A stretch of 64,000 nucleotides of DNA from Patescibacteria group bacterium (GCA_041651155.1 JBAZJU010000006.1:4638-68637); one strand, 5' to 3'. Positions 38,279 through 49,025 are shown, counted from the first letter of the stretch. Notes: generated from the letters alone by a model not told the origin. Made by a program: numbers and translations.

Positions 38279-40834
38279 ATGGATAATTTTTTCATTCAAT
38301 TAGCTAATTTTGAAATCAGCGGCCCTAAATTATACATCCTTTTAGGCTTAGTTATATTTGTCGGTGTTTTGATCCTGTGGCTGCTGTTTTTTTTAATTAA
38401 AAAAATATTAAAGAAAATTTTAAAAAATTCAGCCAGCTTTAAGCAGGCAGTACTTTTAATCCAGGTGCCAAAATATGAAATCGTGGAAACAGGCGAGCGG
38501 ACTCAGCCAAAAACCCAGGAAGATTTAGCAGAAAAGATTGCGACCATGGAAGCCTTTTTTGCCAATATCGCAGGTTTGCCGGCGCAGAAAGGCTTGAAAT
38601 ACGAATTTATTAACCGCACTGATCATTTATCTTTGGAAATAGTTTTGAAAGATGGCTTGATTTATTTTTATGCGGTGGTGCCGCAAAATTGGAAAGATTT
38701 TATTGAACAGCAGATAATGGCCCAGTTCCCCAAGGCTTTTGTGGCAGAAGTAGAAGATTATAATATTTTTAGCCCGCAGGGCGTGATAGCCGGCTCTATG
38801 CTCAAATTCAGGAAAGAATATATTTACCCTATTAAAACTTATAGAAAATTGGAAACAGATTCTTTGAATGCTTTAACCGGCGCCTTAAGCAAACTGGATA
38901 AAAATTCAGGCGCGGCTATTCAGGTCGTGCTCAGATCAGCCAACCCCAAATGGCATAGGTGGGGTCGCCAGGCTGCTTCAATCGCGCATCAGGGCAAAAA
39001 AGTCAGCGAAGCAATCTCAGAAGCAGGGGGCAGTTTTTTCTCACTAGATAAAATCTTAAAGTTTTTTCAGGGCTGGAGCAGTCCGCCAAAACCTGTGGCA
39101 GGTCAGGAGCCGCTCAAACCTTACCAGTTGTCTTCCCTGGAAGAGGAAATTCTGAAAGGCATTGAAGAAAAATCAGCCAAGGGCGGCTTGGAAGCAAACA
39201 TCAGGGTCATTGTCTCCGCAGAAAATCAAGAAAAGGCGAATATGTATCTGGAAAATATTTTAAATAGTTTCGGCCAGTTTAATATTTATGAATACGGCAA
39301 TGCTTTTAAAAGATATTCACCGAATAAAAATAAATTAATCAAAGATTTTATTTTTCGTGAGTTTGATGATAAAGCTAAGATGATCATGAATACAGAAGAG
39401 ATCACCTCTGTTTATCATTTTCCTTTGGGTCACACTGAAACGCCGAATATCATCTGGTTGCAGGCCAGAAAAGCTGCTCCGCCGGCTGAATTGCCCAGCG
39501 AAGGACTTTTAATCGGCTATAATGATTTTCGCGGCATAAATAGAGAAATACGCTTAACAGATGATGATCGCCGCCGCCATGTTTATATTATAGGTCAAAC
39601 TGGTACTGGTAAATCGCAGTTGCAAATTAATATGATCATCCAGGATATTGCTAATGGCAAAGGCGTTTGTTTCATTGATCCTCATGGTGATACAATTGAC
39701 ACGATCATGCAATATATCCCCAAAGAAAGGGCTGAAGATGTAATTCTTTTTGATCCTTCAGATACGCAAAGGCCAATGGCTTTAAATATGATGGAATTTG
39801 AAAATCCTGAACAAAAGACAATGGTGATAAATGAAATGATGAATGTCTTTGATAAATTGTATGATTTAAAAACAACCGGCGGTCCGATTTTTGAACAGTA
39901 TATGAGAAACACCATGCTTTTAAACATGGAAGATCCTGAATCAGGCTCTACTTTGTTAGAAGTTTCCAAAGTTTTATCAGATGAAGATTTTAGAAAATAT
40001 AAATTGTCCAAAACCAAAACTCAGGTAGTTAAAGATTTCTGGGAAAAAGAAGCAGAAAAGGCAGGCGGTGAAGCTGCTTTAGCTAATATGGTGCCTTATA
40101 TTACTTCCAAATTAACTTCATTTATTGCCAATGACGTGATGAGGCCAATTATCGCCCAGCAAAAAAGCGCATTCAGCTTCAGAAAAGCCATGGATGAACA
40201 AAAGATTATTATGGTGAAATTGTCTAAGGGCTTGCTTGGCGAAATTAATGCTAATTTATTAGGCATGGTAATTGTGGGGAAAATCCTTTTGGCTGCTTTA
40301 AGCCGAGTAGACCAGCCTGAGGCATCAAGAAAAGATTTTTATTTATATATTGATGAGTTCCAGAATTTTTTAACTGAGGGCATTCAGGTGATTTTATCAG
40401 AAGCCAGGAAGTATAGATTGTGCTTAACGATTGCCCATCAATTTATCGGCCAATTGGTAAAGAATAATGACACGCGATTTAAAGACGCGATTTTTGGCAA
40501 TGTGGGCAGCAAAGTAGCTTTCCGAGTAGGCGTGGAAGATGCGGAAATTTTTGCCAAAGAATTTGCGCCGGTTTTCAACCAATATGATGTGATGAACGTG
40601 CCGAATTTAAACGGCTTTATTAAGCCTCTGATTTTGGGCAAAGTTGTGCCGCCTTTTAGTTTTCAGCTGATGCCGTTTGAAACAAGGCCAAAAGCTAATC
40701 CTGAATTAGCCCAGGCCATTAAAGAACTTTCCCGTTTGAAATACGGCCGAGACAGAAATATTGTGGAAGCGGAAATTATTGAAAGAACAAAAAAGACAGT
40801 GGCTAAAGAAGAAAATGAGGATATCTTCGCTTAA
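38279..40834 (+). CDS. TrwB/VirD4/HerA-like (type IV secretion DNA-binding domain) ATPase
   Basis: RRRHVYIIGQTGTGKS Walker A, IDPHGD, LYIDEFQNF Walker B, SEARKY; N-terminal TM. Confidence 0.9.
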   Translation: MDNFFIQLANFEISGPKLYILLGLVIFVGVLILWLLFFLIKKILKKILKNSASFKQAVLLIQVPKYEIVETGERTQPKTQEDLAEKIATMEAFFANIAGLPAQKGLKYEFINRTDHLSLEIVLKDGLIYFYAVVPQNWKDFIEQQIMAQFPKAFVAEVEDYNIFSPQGVIAGSMLKFRKEYIYPIKTYRKLETDSLNALTGALSKLDKNSGAAIQVVLRSANPKWHRWGRQAASIAHQGKKVSEAISEAGGSFFSLDKILKFFQGWSSPPKPVAGQEPLKPYQLSSLEEEILKGIEEKSAKGGLEANIRVIVSAENQEKANMYLENILNSFGQFNIYEYGNAFKRYSPNKNKLIKDFIFREFDDKAKMIMNTEEITSVYHFPLGHTETPNIIWLQARKAAPPAELPSEGLLIGYNDFRGINREIRLTDDDRRRHVYIIGQTGTGKSQLQINMIIQDIANGKGVCFIDPHGDTIDTIMQYIPKERAEDVILFDPSDTQRPMALNMMEFENPEQKTMVINEMMNVFDKLYDLKTTGGPIFEQYMRNTMLLNMEDPESGSTLLEVSKVLSDEDFRKYKLSKTKTQVVKDFWEKEAEKAGGEAALANMVPYITSKLTSFIANDVMRPIIAQQKSAFSFRKAMDEQKIIMVKLSKGLLGEINANLLGMVIVGKILLAALSRVDQPEASRKDFYLYIDEFQNFLTEGIQVILSEARKYRLCLTIAHQFIGQLVKNNDTRFKDAIFGNVGSKVAFRVGVEDAEIFAKEFAPVFNQYDVMNVPNLNGFIKPLILGKVVPPFSFQLMPFETRPKANPELAQAIKELSRLKYGRDRNIVEAEIIERTKKTVAKEENEDIFA

Positions 40835-40957
40835 GGAGGTTTTATGAAGTTTTATGACGTTTATGATGCTGCATAAAACCAGAAGCAACCTCATAAAACT
40901 TAATATAACATTATATAACCTCATATAACCTAAACAATATAAATAAAAAATAAACCC

Positions 40958-41542
40958 ATGAAAAACAAAAATCAAAACTCAGAGTCAATTATTTTGTCGC
41001 AAAGCAAATATCTGCTGATCCAAAAAATTTTAAGGAACATCCATGAGAATTTGGGCAAGGTTATCCAGATTTTAGAACAAGGCCCGGAAGAAATGGAAGA
41101 CTGGGACAATTCTTTACAGGGAATTTCTCAGACTTTAAAAGAGGCTGAAAGAGATTTAGAGGTCATGGGTGGAGAAAGAGTAATTGAAGGTGTTTTTGAC
41201 GGAGAAAAAATGATTGGACCCGATGGCCAGGAATATGCCGTGCCAGCCAATTATGCTTCCAAATCAAAATTAGTTGAAGGCGATATTCTAAAATTAACGA
41301 TCAATGGCCGGGGGGATTTCCTTTATAAACAAATAGGCCCGGTGGAAAGAAAAAAGATCCTGGGTACGATTGGTCTGGATAAAAATGGGGATTATTTTGT
41401 AGCTGCTGAAAAAAAGAAATGGAAAGTACTGCCAGCCAGTGTCACTTATTTTAAAGGCCAGCCTGGCGATGAAGCAGTAATTCTGGTGCCTAAAGATGCT
41501 GTCAGTAAATGGGCGGCTGTGGAAAATGTGGTAAAAAAGTAA
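40958..41542 (+). CDS. Conserved hypothetical protein
   Basis: 194-aa ORF with EGVFDG...YAVPANYASKSKLVEGD motif. Confidence 0.75.
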   Translation: MKNKNQNSESIILSQSKYLLIQKILRNIHENLGKVIQILEQGPEEMEDWDNSLQGISQTLKEAERDLEVMGGERVIEGVFDGEKMIGPDGQEYAVPANYASKSKLVEGDILKLTINGRGDFLYKQIGPVERKKILGTIGLDKNGDYFVAAEKKKWKVLPASVTYFKGQPGDEAVILVPKDAVSKWAAVENVVKK

Positions 41543-41585
41543 GTCAAACCACAGATTTTTTATCACAGATAACACTGATACATTT

Positions 41586-41609
41586 AAATCCCGGGGAACT
41601 GGGATTTTT
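41586..41609 (+). terminator. Intrinsic terminator
   Basis: AAATCCCGG-ggaa-CTGGGATTT followed by T; similar hairpin at 43789-43813. Confidence 0.65.
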
Positions 41610-41614
41610 ATAAC

Positions 41615-41645
41615 TGTAACAAAAATTTGGCTTTGGCGTTTAATA
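41615..41645 (+). promoter_or_regulatory. Candidate ECF sigma autoregulatory promoter
   Basis: TGTAAC-N16-CGTTTAATA just upstream of the ECF sigma gene; same motif at 61762. Confidence 0.65.
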
Positions 41646-41662
41646 AGTTATAACGAAAGATT

Positions 41663-42199
41663 ATGAATCTTTCAGAAAAAGAAATACAAAATTTAATATT
41701 GCAGGCCCAGCAAGGGGACCAGAGTTCTTTTACGCAAATTTATAATTTGTTTTTTGAACGTGTGTATAAATTCATCTTTTTTAGGACTAAAATAAGGGAA
41801 GAAGCTGAAGATCTGACCAGCCGCGTTTTTCTGAAAGTCTGGCAGAATCTGACTAAATATAAAGAGCAAAAAACAGCGAAATTTTCCACTTGGCTATTTC
41901 AAATCGCCAGGTTCACAGTGATTGATTATTATCGGCAGGCAAAAACTAAAGTTTCTTTGACTGAAGTTGAAAATTATATTGGCAGTGAATTTAATCAAGC
42001 TGAGCAGGAAATTGCCGAGGTTAAAAGGAGCATCCATAATTTGCCTGTTGAATGGCAAAATATAATCACGCTGCGCTATTTTGATGGTTTGGATTATGCG
42101 CAGATAGCTAAAATTACAGGCAAAACTGCAGTCGGAGTACGGGTGATTGCGCATCGGGCGATAAAAAGATTGGGTAAATTATTAAAAATATATGAATAA
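41663..42199 (+). CDS. ECF-type RNA polymerase sigma-70 factor
   Basis: AEDLTSRVFLKVW and FSTWLFQIAR (region 2); LRYFDGLDYAQIA (region 4). Confidence 0.93.
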   Translation: MNLSEKEIQNLILQAQQGDQSSFTQIYNLFFERVYKFIFFRTKIREEAEDLTSRVFLKVWQNLTKYKEQKTAKFSTWLFQIARFTVIDYYRQAKTKVSLTEVENYIGSEFNQAEQEIAEVKRSIHNLPVEWQNIITLRYFDGLDYAQIAKITGKTAVGVRVIAHRAIKRLGKLLKIYE

Positions 42200-42947
42200 T
42201 AAAAAAGCCAAAATTGAAAATTTATTAACCAAAACAAACCAGCAGTTTGTAGTTTTAGATTTGCCGCAGAATGCCACCAGAGACAAATTAATGCGGCAAA
42301 TTAATCAGCCTGTAACAAATTTATCAGCCGATCGATTAAATATAGGCAAAGAGCTTTTTAAATTAAAAATTTTTAGATTGGCAAGCTCTGGCACAATTGT
42401 TTTGGTTGCCATGCTACTTTTAGGCGGTTCAAGTGTTTACGCAGCGACCCAATCATTGCCCGGCGATATGCTTTATCCGGTCAATAGAAAAATAGAGGAT
42501 TTTAATCTGGCCCTGGCCAGAAATCAGGTCCAAAGGCATCAGATTATTATTATTCATTTGCAAAAACGGGCAACTGAATGGGAAAAAATAAAAGCCCACA
42601 ATAATGATGTTCAGGTTTTAACAACTCAGGAAAAGCTGGCAATGGAAAACATGAAAGCAGCTTTTGCTCAGACTATTAATGAGTTGCGGGCACAAAAGCA
42701 AAATTATCTTAATGATAATTTTGACCAATTAACCGAGAAACAGCAATTTGAGCAGGAGATTATCAGAATGAATGAGATTATGGTCCAGCATCTGCAATTT
42801 TTAAAAAATCGTGAAAGTGAAATTGAACAAGGCATAAATTCCGTGCAGGATGATAAAAAGGAAATTGAAGATTTGGTTAATTCAATGAATGCGCAGATGG
42901 CTGAACATAAGCAGATGATGCAGGCAGCCCAGATGATTTCCCAATAA
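42192..42947 (+). CDS. Putative anti-sigma factor (DUF5667-like)
   Basis: Overlaps the sigma stop; single TM followed by SLPGDMLYPVNRKIE. Confidence 0.75.
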   Translation: MNNKKAKIENLLTKTNQQFVVLDLPQNATRDKLMRQINQPVTNLSADRLNIGKELFKLKIFRLASSGTIVLVAMLLLGGSSVYAATQSLPGDMLYPVNRKIEDFNLALARNQVQRHQIIIIHLQKRATEWEKIKAHNNDVQVLTTQEKLAMENMKAAFAQTINELRAQKQNYLNDNFDQLTEKQQFEQEIIRMNEIMVQHLQFLKNRESEIEQGINSVQDDKKEIEDLVNSMNAQMAEHKQMMQAAQMISQ

Positions 42948-43103
42948 TTTTTAGCAAAAAGGTCGAAAAATAATAATATTTAAGCATGGCAAAGAATTCC
43001 CTTGGCAAATGTCCGGGGATTCTTTGTTTTTATTCGCCTTGATTTTCTGATCCGTTTGGCTTAAAATAGAGTTAGACGCAAAGATAAAAACACTCAAAAT
43101 AAT

Positions 43104-43724
43104 ATGCCTAAAAAAGAAACTCAGATATTTTATATACATGGAGGAATGACTTTTAAAAATAAAAGGGATTATTTGCATTTTTTAAAAAACAGAGATGTAA
43201 CTATCGAAAAGAAGATGAAGTGGAGCGACGCCTACTTGGAAAAAAAACTAGGCAGAAATTTCCAGATTATAAGACCCAGAATGCCACTTCAGGATAATGC
43301 TAAATATTACGATTGGGCGACTCACTTTGAAAGATATATCCCAAAATTAAAAAACAATATTATTTTGATTGGCGAATCTCTTGGCGGTATATTTTTGGCC
43401 AAATATTTATCTGAAAATACATTTCCCAAAAAGATAAGGGCAACATATTTAATCTGTCCTCCATTTGACAACTCGCTTCCGGGCGAAGATTTGGTTGGCG
43501 GGTTTACTTTGAAAAAAGATATATCAAAAATCGAAAAAAATTCTAAAAAGCTTTATCTGCTTTTTTCAAAGAACGACCCCGTGGTTCCTCCGTCTCAAGC
43601 TAAAAAATATGCCGCCAAGTTAAAAAATGCAAATATTATTATATATGACCACATTGCAGGACATTTTCAAATATCTGAGTTTCCAGAAATTATAAAAATT
43701 ATTAAAGCGGATGTAAGAAAGTAG
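43104..43724 (+). CDS. Alpha/beta hydrolase (RBBP9/YdeN-like)
   Basis: IHGG, GESLGG nucleophile elbow, SKNDPVV and AGHF motifs. Confidence 0.85.
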   Translation: MPKKETQIFYIHGGMTFKNKRDYLHFLKNRDVTIEKKMKWSDAYLEKKLGRNFQIIRPRMPLQDNAKYYDWATHFERYIPKLKNNIILIGESLGGIFLAKYLSENTFPKKIRATYLICPPFDNSLPGEDLVGGFTLKKDISKIEKNSKKLYLLFSKNDPVVPPSQAKKYAAKLKNANIIIYDHIAGHFQISEFPEIIKIIKADVRK

Positions 43725-43788
43725 TGTTTTTATTGCAGCAAATAACAAGTTCTATCGGGTTCCAGGAATTTGCCATAATACAATATAT

Positions 43789-43813
43789 AAAACCCCGGGA
43801 AACTGGGGTTTTT
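43789..43813 (+). terminator. Intrinsic terminator
   Basis: AAAACCCCGG-gaaa-CTGGGGTTTTT. Confidence 0.7.
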
Positions 43814-43933
43814 CGCCCTTGCTTTTATCCCATAATTCGCTTAAAATAGAGTTATCAATTAAGAGCTAAAACGTTAAAATCTCTAAACTTATACACATTT
43901 AGCTCCTCTTAAACCTCTAAAACCTATTATCAC

Positions 43934-45607
43934 ATGTCTTTAGCTTTATACAGAAAATACAGGCCGCAGACCTGGCAGGAATTAACCGGCCAGAATCACA
44001 TTAAAGTGACCTTGCAGCATGAAATTGAAACTGGCAAAGTTAGCCATGCTTATCTTTTTACTGGCCCGCGCGGGATCGGTAAAACTACCACGGCGCGGCT
44101 TTTAGCCAAGGCAATTAATTGCGAAAAGCGCCAGGAAGGCGAAAGCGAACCTTGCGGTCAGTGTGATTCATGCTTGGAATTAACTGCTGGCAATGATTTG
44201 GATATTTTGGAAATAGATGCAGCTTCGCATACAGGAGTTGATAATGTGCGCGAGAATATTATTGCCAACGCGCGTTTTACTCCTGCTAAAAGAAAATTCA
44301 AAGTGTTTATCATTGATGAAGTGCACATGCTGTCAATCTCGGCTTTTAATGCGCTTTTAAAAACCCTGGAAGAACCGCCGGCTCATGCCATATTTATTTT
44401 AGCTACGACTGAAGTGCATAAAGTGCCAGCCACTATTATTTCCCGCTGCCAGAGATTTGATTTTAAAAAAGTTAATGCTGATGATTTAATTAAGCGCTTA
44501 AGCTGGATGTGCCAGCAGGAAAACGTGAAAGTCACTAGTGATGTCTTAACTGATATCGCCCGCTTTAGCGAAGGTTCTTTGCGCGATGCTGAGAGCTTGC
44601 TCGGACAAATTCTCTCGCTTGGTGAAAAGGAAATTGGCAGGGCAGAAGCCAGCTTAATCATTCCTGCTTCAAATTATAATTTGGTTCTAGAGCTTGTTGA
44701 ATATTTAGTCTATAAAAATTTGGAAGCCAGCATTACCTTAATTAATAAATTAGTGCAGGAAGGCGTTGATCTTAATAAGTTTGTTGATGACTTGGTGGAA
44801 TTTTTACGCAAAATAATTTTGGCAAAAATCAGCGGAAGTTTAAAATCGTATTCTTTTGAATTGGATGAAAAAATGGAAAAAGCCATACTGGAGGTCTCGC
44901 AGAAATTTGAAGCGGCAGAACTGGTTGATTTGATTAATTCATTTAGCTCAAAAAAATTTGAAATAAAAACAGCGGCTATTCCTCAGCTGCCTTTAGAAAT
45001 CGCAGTGATAGAGTATTGCGGCAAAGGTTCCTCCTTTGCTTCTGGCGAAGCTTCGGAGGACAAGAAAGATGGGAAATTCCCGCCGGGCGGAGGAGCAATT
45101 TCAGGCAGCAAATTGGCAGACAAAGGAAAAGAAAATACAGGTGGTGCGAACAGCGCCACTTTAAAAAATTCAATTTCTGTGAATAAAGGCGACTTAAACA
45201 AAAAGATAAATATAAGTCTTGACAAAATAAAAAATAAATGGCATAATTTTTTAGTAAAACTCCAGGAGACCAATGCATCTTTAGTTTTTATTCTAAAAGT
45301 ATCAGAACCTTTAGAATTAAACGGTAATATCTTAAAGATCGGCTTTAAATATCCTTTTCATGAACAGCGTGTGAACCAGGCTAAAGTTAAAGACGCAGTG
45401 GAAAATATTTTAGCAGAATTTTTTAATGAGCAAATTATTGTTGCGACCAGCCTTTTGCCCAAGGATTATGAAAGTGATTTTATTAAAGAAGAAACTAAGT
45501 CTGATGAGGTTGAATTAGTGGAAGAAATATCCAGCCCTGTTAACGGTGAACAGCAAGCTATGATTGATAATTTGGTTAAGACGTTTGGAGGGAAGGTGGT
45601 GGAATAA
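43934..45607 (+). CDS. dnaX: DNA polymerase III subunit gamma/tau
   Basis: ALYRKYRPQ, GPRGIGKTT, EIDAAS, IIDEVHML, NALLKTLEEPP and SRCQRF motifs. Confidence 0.98.
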   Translation: MSLALYRKYRPQTWQELTGQNHIKVTLQHEIETGKVSHAYLFTGPRGIGKTTTARLLAKAINCEKRQEGESEPCGQCDSCLELTAGNDLDILEIDAASHTGVDNVRENIIANARFTPAKRKFKVFIIDEVHMLSISAFNALLKTLEEPPAHAIFILATTEVHKVPATIISRCQRFDFKKVNADDLIKRLSWMCQQENVKVTSDVLTDIARFSEGSLRDAESLLGQILSLGEKEIGRAEASLIIPASNYNLVLELVEYLVYKNLEASITLINKLVQEGVDLNKFVDDLVEFLRKIILAKISGSLKSYSFELDEKMEKAILEVSQKFEAAELVDLINSFSSKKFEIKTAAIPQLPLEIAVIEYCGKGSSFASGEASEDKKDGKFPPGGGAISGSKLADKGKENTGGANSATLKNSISVNKGDLNKKINISLDKIKNKWHNFLVKLQETNASLVFILKVSEPLELNGNILKIGFKYPFHEQRVNQAKVKDAVENILAEFFNEQIIVATSLLPKDYESDFIKEETKSDEVELVEEISSPVNGEQQAMIDNLVKTFGGKVVE

Positions 45608-45703
45608 GTTTAAAATTCAAAGTTAAAAGTTTAAATTTGCAGTTCAAAATTAAAAATTTTAATTTTTTTGTCATTTGTTATTTGTCATTTGATATTTCTA
45701 TAT

Positions 45704-45775
45704 TGGGGAGTAGCCAAGTGGTAAGGCACCTGCCTCTGGAGCAGGCATTCGTAGGTTCGATCCCTACCTCCCCAG
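45704..45775 (+). tRNA. tRNA-Gln (anticodon CTG), CCA not encoded
   Basis: Acceptor stem TGGGGAG/CTCCCCA, D-loop AAGTGGTAA, anticodon arm CCTGC-CTCTGGA-GCAGG, T-arm GTAGG-TTCGATC-CCTAC. Confidence 0.95.
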
Positions 45776-45951
45776 TCCTATATTTATCCGCAGAAGGTAT
45801 GCTTAAGCGCACATTTTTTCTCTTGGCAAGAATGATTTATGTTCAACAATATTTTATAAACGAATTAATATATGTCTATCGATAAGGAACTTAAATGTTG
45901 AAATGGCGCTGATATCAATTTAAAATTCTAACCGAATCGTAAAATTATTTT

Positions 45952-46851
45952 ATGCCCGAAATAAAGAGACCCGATATCAGTGAATTCAAAAATTTCGTTC
46001 TGCTCCGCGCGATAAGCGATAAACTTTTATTATCTGATATTCAATTAAAAGAAATTCAGTCCAACATCTTATTGGTTAATGGGACGAATAAGTTGGGACA
46101 AAAAGAAAATTTTATTTTCAAAAAGCAACGTAATCGCAGTCCGTTACTTGGGGACAATACTAACAATAGAGAGGCGCTATTTTATCATGTCATGGCAGAT
46201 GAGGTCACTTTTGATTTACCGCGGTATTTCGGGAGGGTTAATGATTTTGAAGTTTTTTCTTTTTTAAAAAAAGATGAAATGGAAATTAACACTGAGCAGA
46301 TGTTAAGTCCGCTCGAGAAATTGCAGAGAATTGGCATTGCAAAACAGGACAAGGTCATGTTTGCGGGGGAATACAGAGACAAAGACAAAATTATCCATTT
46401 TATAGACAAATTGCTTATTGATATTAGGAGGAATCCTTTGTTAAAGCCGACTGCGGATAAAATTTCTGAGAATATGGATTTATTTGTTCAAGCAATTGAT
46501 TACTTGAGCCAGTTACCCCAGGTTTTTGTTCATGGAGATTACTGGAGAAATAATTTGATTGTTTCGAACGGAAGAGTATATATTATTGATTGGGAAAACT
46601 GTCAGATAAATAACAACTACTACGATTTAACAACGTTATTCTATACTGAAAAAATCATGTTTGCTAATGAAAAATTTGATCCGACAATAAATGGTCATAA
46701 TGACATTCGGGCGATGGATTATAATTTTTTGCTTCAAACAGTATCGCAAATAATCCCGGAATTGGCGGGAAAGAAGGGTTCCCCCCACGACTGGGAGAAA
46801 AATTGGCTCGATGCCTTTATTGATATTATGAATAAATACGGTGTAAAATAA
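45952..46851 (+). CDS. Aminoglycoside phosphotransferase / choline kinase-like kinase
   Basis: Brenner-type VHGDYWRNN and IIDWE motifs. Confidence 0.85.
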   Translation: MPEIKRPDISEFKNFVLLRAISDKLLLSDIQLKEIQSNILLVNGTNKLGQKENFIFKKQRNRSPLLGDNTNNREALFYHVMADEVTFDLPRYFGRVNDFEVFSFLKKDEMEINTEQMLSPLEKLQRIGIAKQDKVMFAGEYRDKDKIIHFIDKLLIDIRRNPLLKPTADKISENMDLFVQAIDYLSQLPQVFVHGDYWRNNLIVSNGRVYIIDWENCQINNNYYDLTTLFYTEKIMFANEKFDPTINGHNDIRAMDYNFLLQTVSQIIPELAGKKGSPHDWEKNWLDAFIDIMNKYGVK

Positions 46852-46864
46852 TAAACTTATTTTT

Positions 46865-47557
46865 ATGATTAGAGCTACAAATCTTTTGTCTAAATACTAT
46901 GGGGAGACAGGCGGATACCTGAGGGAGCATGACACATTTTTACGTTCGGCGGATATCAAAAAGGATCTGCTTTTCTTAATTAGGGCGCTTGATATAAAAA
47001 AGAGTGATGTCATTTTAGATATTGCTTGCGGCCAGGGGCGTCATAGCAACGCTTTGGCGGAAAAGGGTTATCAAGTAGACGGTGTTGATTTTTCCCAATA
47101 CTTGCTTGATAAGGCAAGGGCAGGGGAAAAAGAATTATCAAGGGGAAGACCTAATTATTATAAAGCTAATGTTGAACAACTAAATTTGAAAAAAAAGTAT
47201 AGCAAAGCCTATTGGTTTTTTTCTGATTTGGCGGATATTGATTTGCCCAAGGCAATTGTCTCTATAAGTCATAATATGAAAGTAGGGGGAATGGTTCTTC
47301 TCGACACGGATAATATTTTCAGAATCCTTGCCTACCTTTCTAAAAATCACGATTCGGGTTTTGATTTTGACGCTAGCCGCTTGGAGCTTATTGTTAAAAA
47401 AAACAATTTGCGCATAAAATACCCCGTCTTACCTTTGTGGGAACAATGGCTGAGGGCATCTGGTTTTTTCATTAAAGATTTTTGGGGAGATTATAAATTT
47501 AGCAAGTATTCGGTTAAAAGCCCCAGATTAATAATATTAGCAAAAAAAATCGCTTAG
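46865..47557 (+). CDS. Class I SAM-dependent methyltransferase
   Basis: ILDIACGQGRH and GVDFS motifs. Confidence 0.88.
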   Translation: MIRATNLLSKYYGETGGYLREHDTFLRSADIKKDLLFLIRALDIKKSDVILDIACGQGRHSNALAEKGYQVDGVDFSQYLLDKARAGEKELSRGRPNYYKANVEQLNLKKKYSKAYWFFSDLADIDLPKAIVSISHNMKVGGMVLLDTDNIFRILAYLSKNHDSGFDFDASRLELIVKKNNLRIKYPVLPLWEQWLRASGFFIKDFWGDYKFSKYSVKSPRLIILAKKIA

Positions 47558-47578
47558 GTTCTTGAACTTAAGCGATTT
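47547..47578. terminator. Hairpin between convergent methyltransferase and radical SAM genes
   Basis: AAATCGCTTAGGTTC-tt-GAACTTAAGCGATTT, flanked by an A-tract. Confidence 0.65.
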
Positions 47579-47591
47579 ATGTTTGCGAGCT

Positions 47592-49025
47592 TTATGCTGT
47601 TGTCGCATGGGAATTAACTGTAGCATATAGCTGGTTGACTTTGCACTTGAAAAGATCAGGTTCTTCAGTAAGTATCCACATTAATTCCAGTATTGAATCG
47701 TGAATTTCTTCGCATTTAAAGTGCGGGCTTTTGAGTTCTCCAGTCGTCTGGTAATTTTCTCCGCGACAATTACCGGCGCACAAATACCGCACATCGCATG
47801 CCGAACATTTGGGGTTTAAAGAATCTATGTTTAAAGTGCGGAGTTCCTTTAAAATGGGTGAGGTTTCCCAAATATCGGCAAGATTAGTATCCAGAAGGTT
47901 CCCCAGCTTAAAGTCCTGTAATGCTGTGTCTGCGCAGGGGTAAAGGGTTCCATCAGCTTTGACGTAAACAGCTCGATTCGTGCCGATGCCACAACTATAG
48001 CTTTTCACTCCTCCCGCAATGCCCATGATTTGATTAGCAAAAGTAGAACACATCATCAACTCTTGCAATCTTGGCTCATTGCGAATCGCTTCAAACACTT
48101 TTCGGTAGAAAGTGGCTAAAGGCACTGGAATTAGAAGTTGTTTGGTTTTCTTGCTATTGCCTCGGCCTACATGCATCATATTTAGGCAATTAAACCCTTC
48201 CACGCCAAGCGAGTTGGCTAAAATCATCGTTCCTTTCATGTCGTCAATGTTTTCAGCATGAACGAACATATTTATAGCCACAGACACACCGCTTTGGCAA
48301 AGTGCTCTTATATTTTTTATGGTGAGATTAAAGGTATCTTTGCCCCTGATGTACTCATGTGTGGCTTTTTGGCAGCCATCAAGCGAAATTGACATCTTTA
48401 GTCTTGGATACTCAGCCAGCTTGGCGATTTGGTTTTTCGTAAGCAGTGTGGCGTTGGTATTGACTTGGACAAAAAAACCTTGGTTGTGGACATATTCAAT
48501 TAAGTCTAGGGCATCTGGACGCGTAAATAGCTCGCCACCTGTTAGAGCTACGCGTGAAATGCCGTTTTGCCAAGGCATTTTAGTGAGTTGATCGACAACC
48601 ATTTTTATTTGTTTAGTTGTCATTTCACTTGGCATCTTTTGGCTGGCCATTGCATAGCACATCGGACAGGTCATATTGCATTGCTGGGTAGTAGCAATGA
48701 CCAATACATTTTCTACTTCATTAACCTGGAAGTCGGGGGAATATTCTTTAGCTTGAGCCATTTCGCCGTCAATAGCCAAAACTCCCGAGGAATAAAGCAA
48801 ATCTTTTAGATCGGAATAGACAACTTCCGCATCTATTATTGAAACAGACAAAATGCTAGCAATTTTTTCAATGATTTGCGATGACTCCCCAAGATTAAAA
48901 GCTTTGAGGATATCAATGACTTCATTAGATGCCGAAAACCAGTAAGGTCTTGAAGGAAAAATTACTATAGCATTGTCATCTCGGCTATAGCACGAAGGTT
49001 CTTCGGACATTGTCACTTTACTCAT
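47592..49025 (-). CDS. Radical SAM/SPASM peptide maturase with N-terminal RRE (PqqD-like) domain
   Basis: CNMTCPMC, TGGE, SLDG; full SPASM motif CGIG...GTLYPC...CSACDVRYLCAGNC...C; about 95-aa N-terminal extension; AAGGAG RBS. Confidence 0.9.
   Translation of the reverse strand: MSKVTMSEEPSCYSRDDNAIVIFPSRPYWFSASNEVIDILKAFNLGESSQIIEKIASILSVSIIDAEVVYSDLKDLLYSSGVLAIDGEMAQAKEYSPDFQVNEVENVLVIATTQQCNMTCPMCYAMASQKMPSEMTTKQIKMVVDQLTKMPWQNGISRVALTGGELFTRPDALDLIEYVHNQGFFVQVNTNATLLTKNQIAKLAEYPRLKMSISLDGCQKATHEYIRGKDTFNLTIKNIRALCQSGVSVAINMFVHAENIDDMKGTMILANSLGVEGFNCLNMMHVGRGNSKKTKQLLIPVPLATFYRKVFEAIRNEPRLQELMMCSTFANQIMGIAGGVKSYSCGIGTNRAVYVKADGTLYPCADTALQDFKLGNLLDTNLADIWETSPILKELRTLNIDSLNPKCSACDVRYLCAGNCRGENYQTTGELKSPHFKCEEIHDSILELMWILTEEPDLFKCKVNQLYATVNSHATTA

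Noticed and set aside
38279-40834. Conjugative element or T4SS island
   Set aside because: Lone TrwB/VirB4-like ATPase with no relaxase, integrase or mating-pair genes nearby; such ATPases are routine chromosomal genes in CPR.
45637-45885. 82-aa ORF
   Set aside because: Overlaps tRNA-Gln and low-complexity heptamer repeats.
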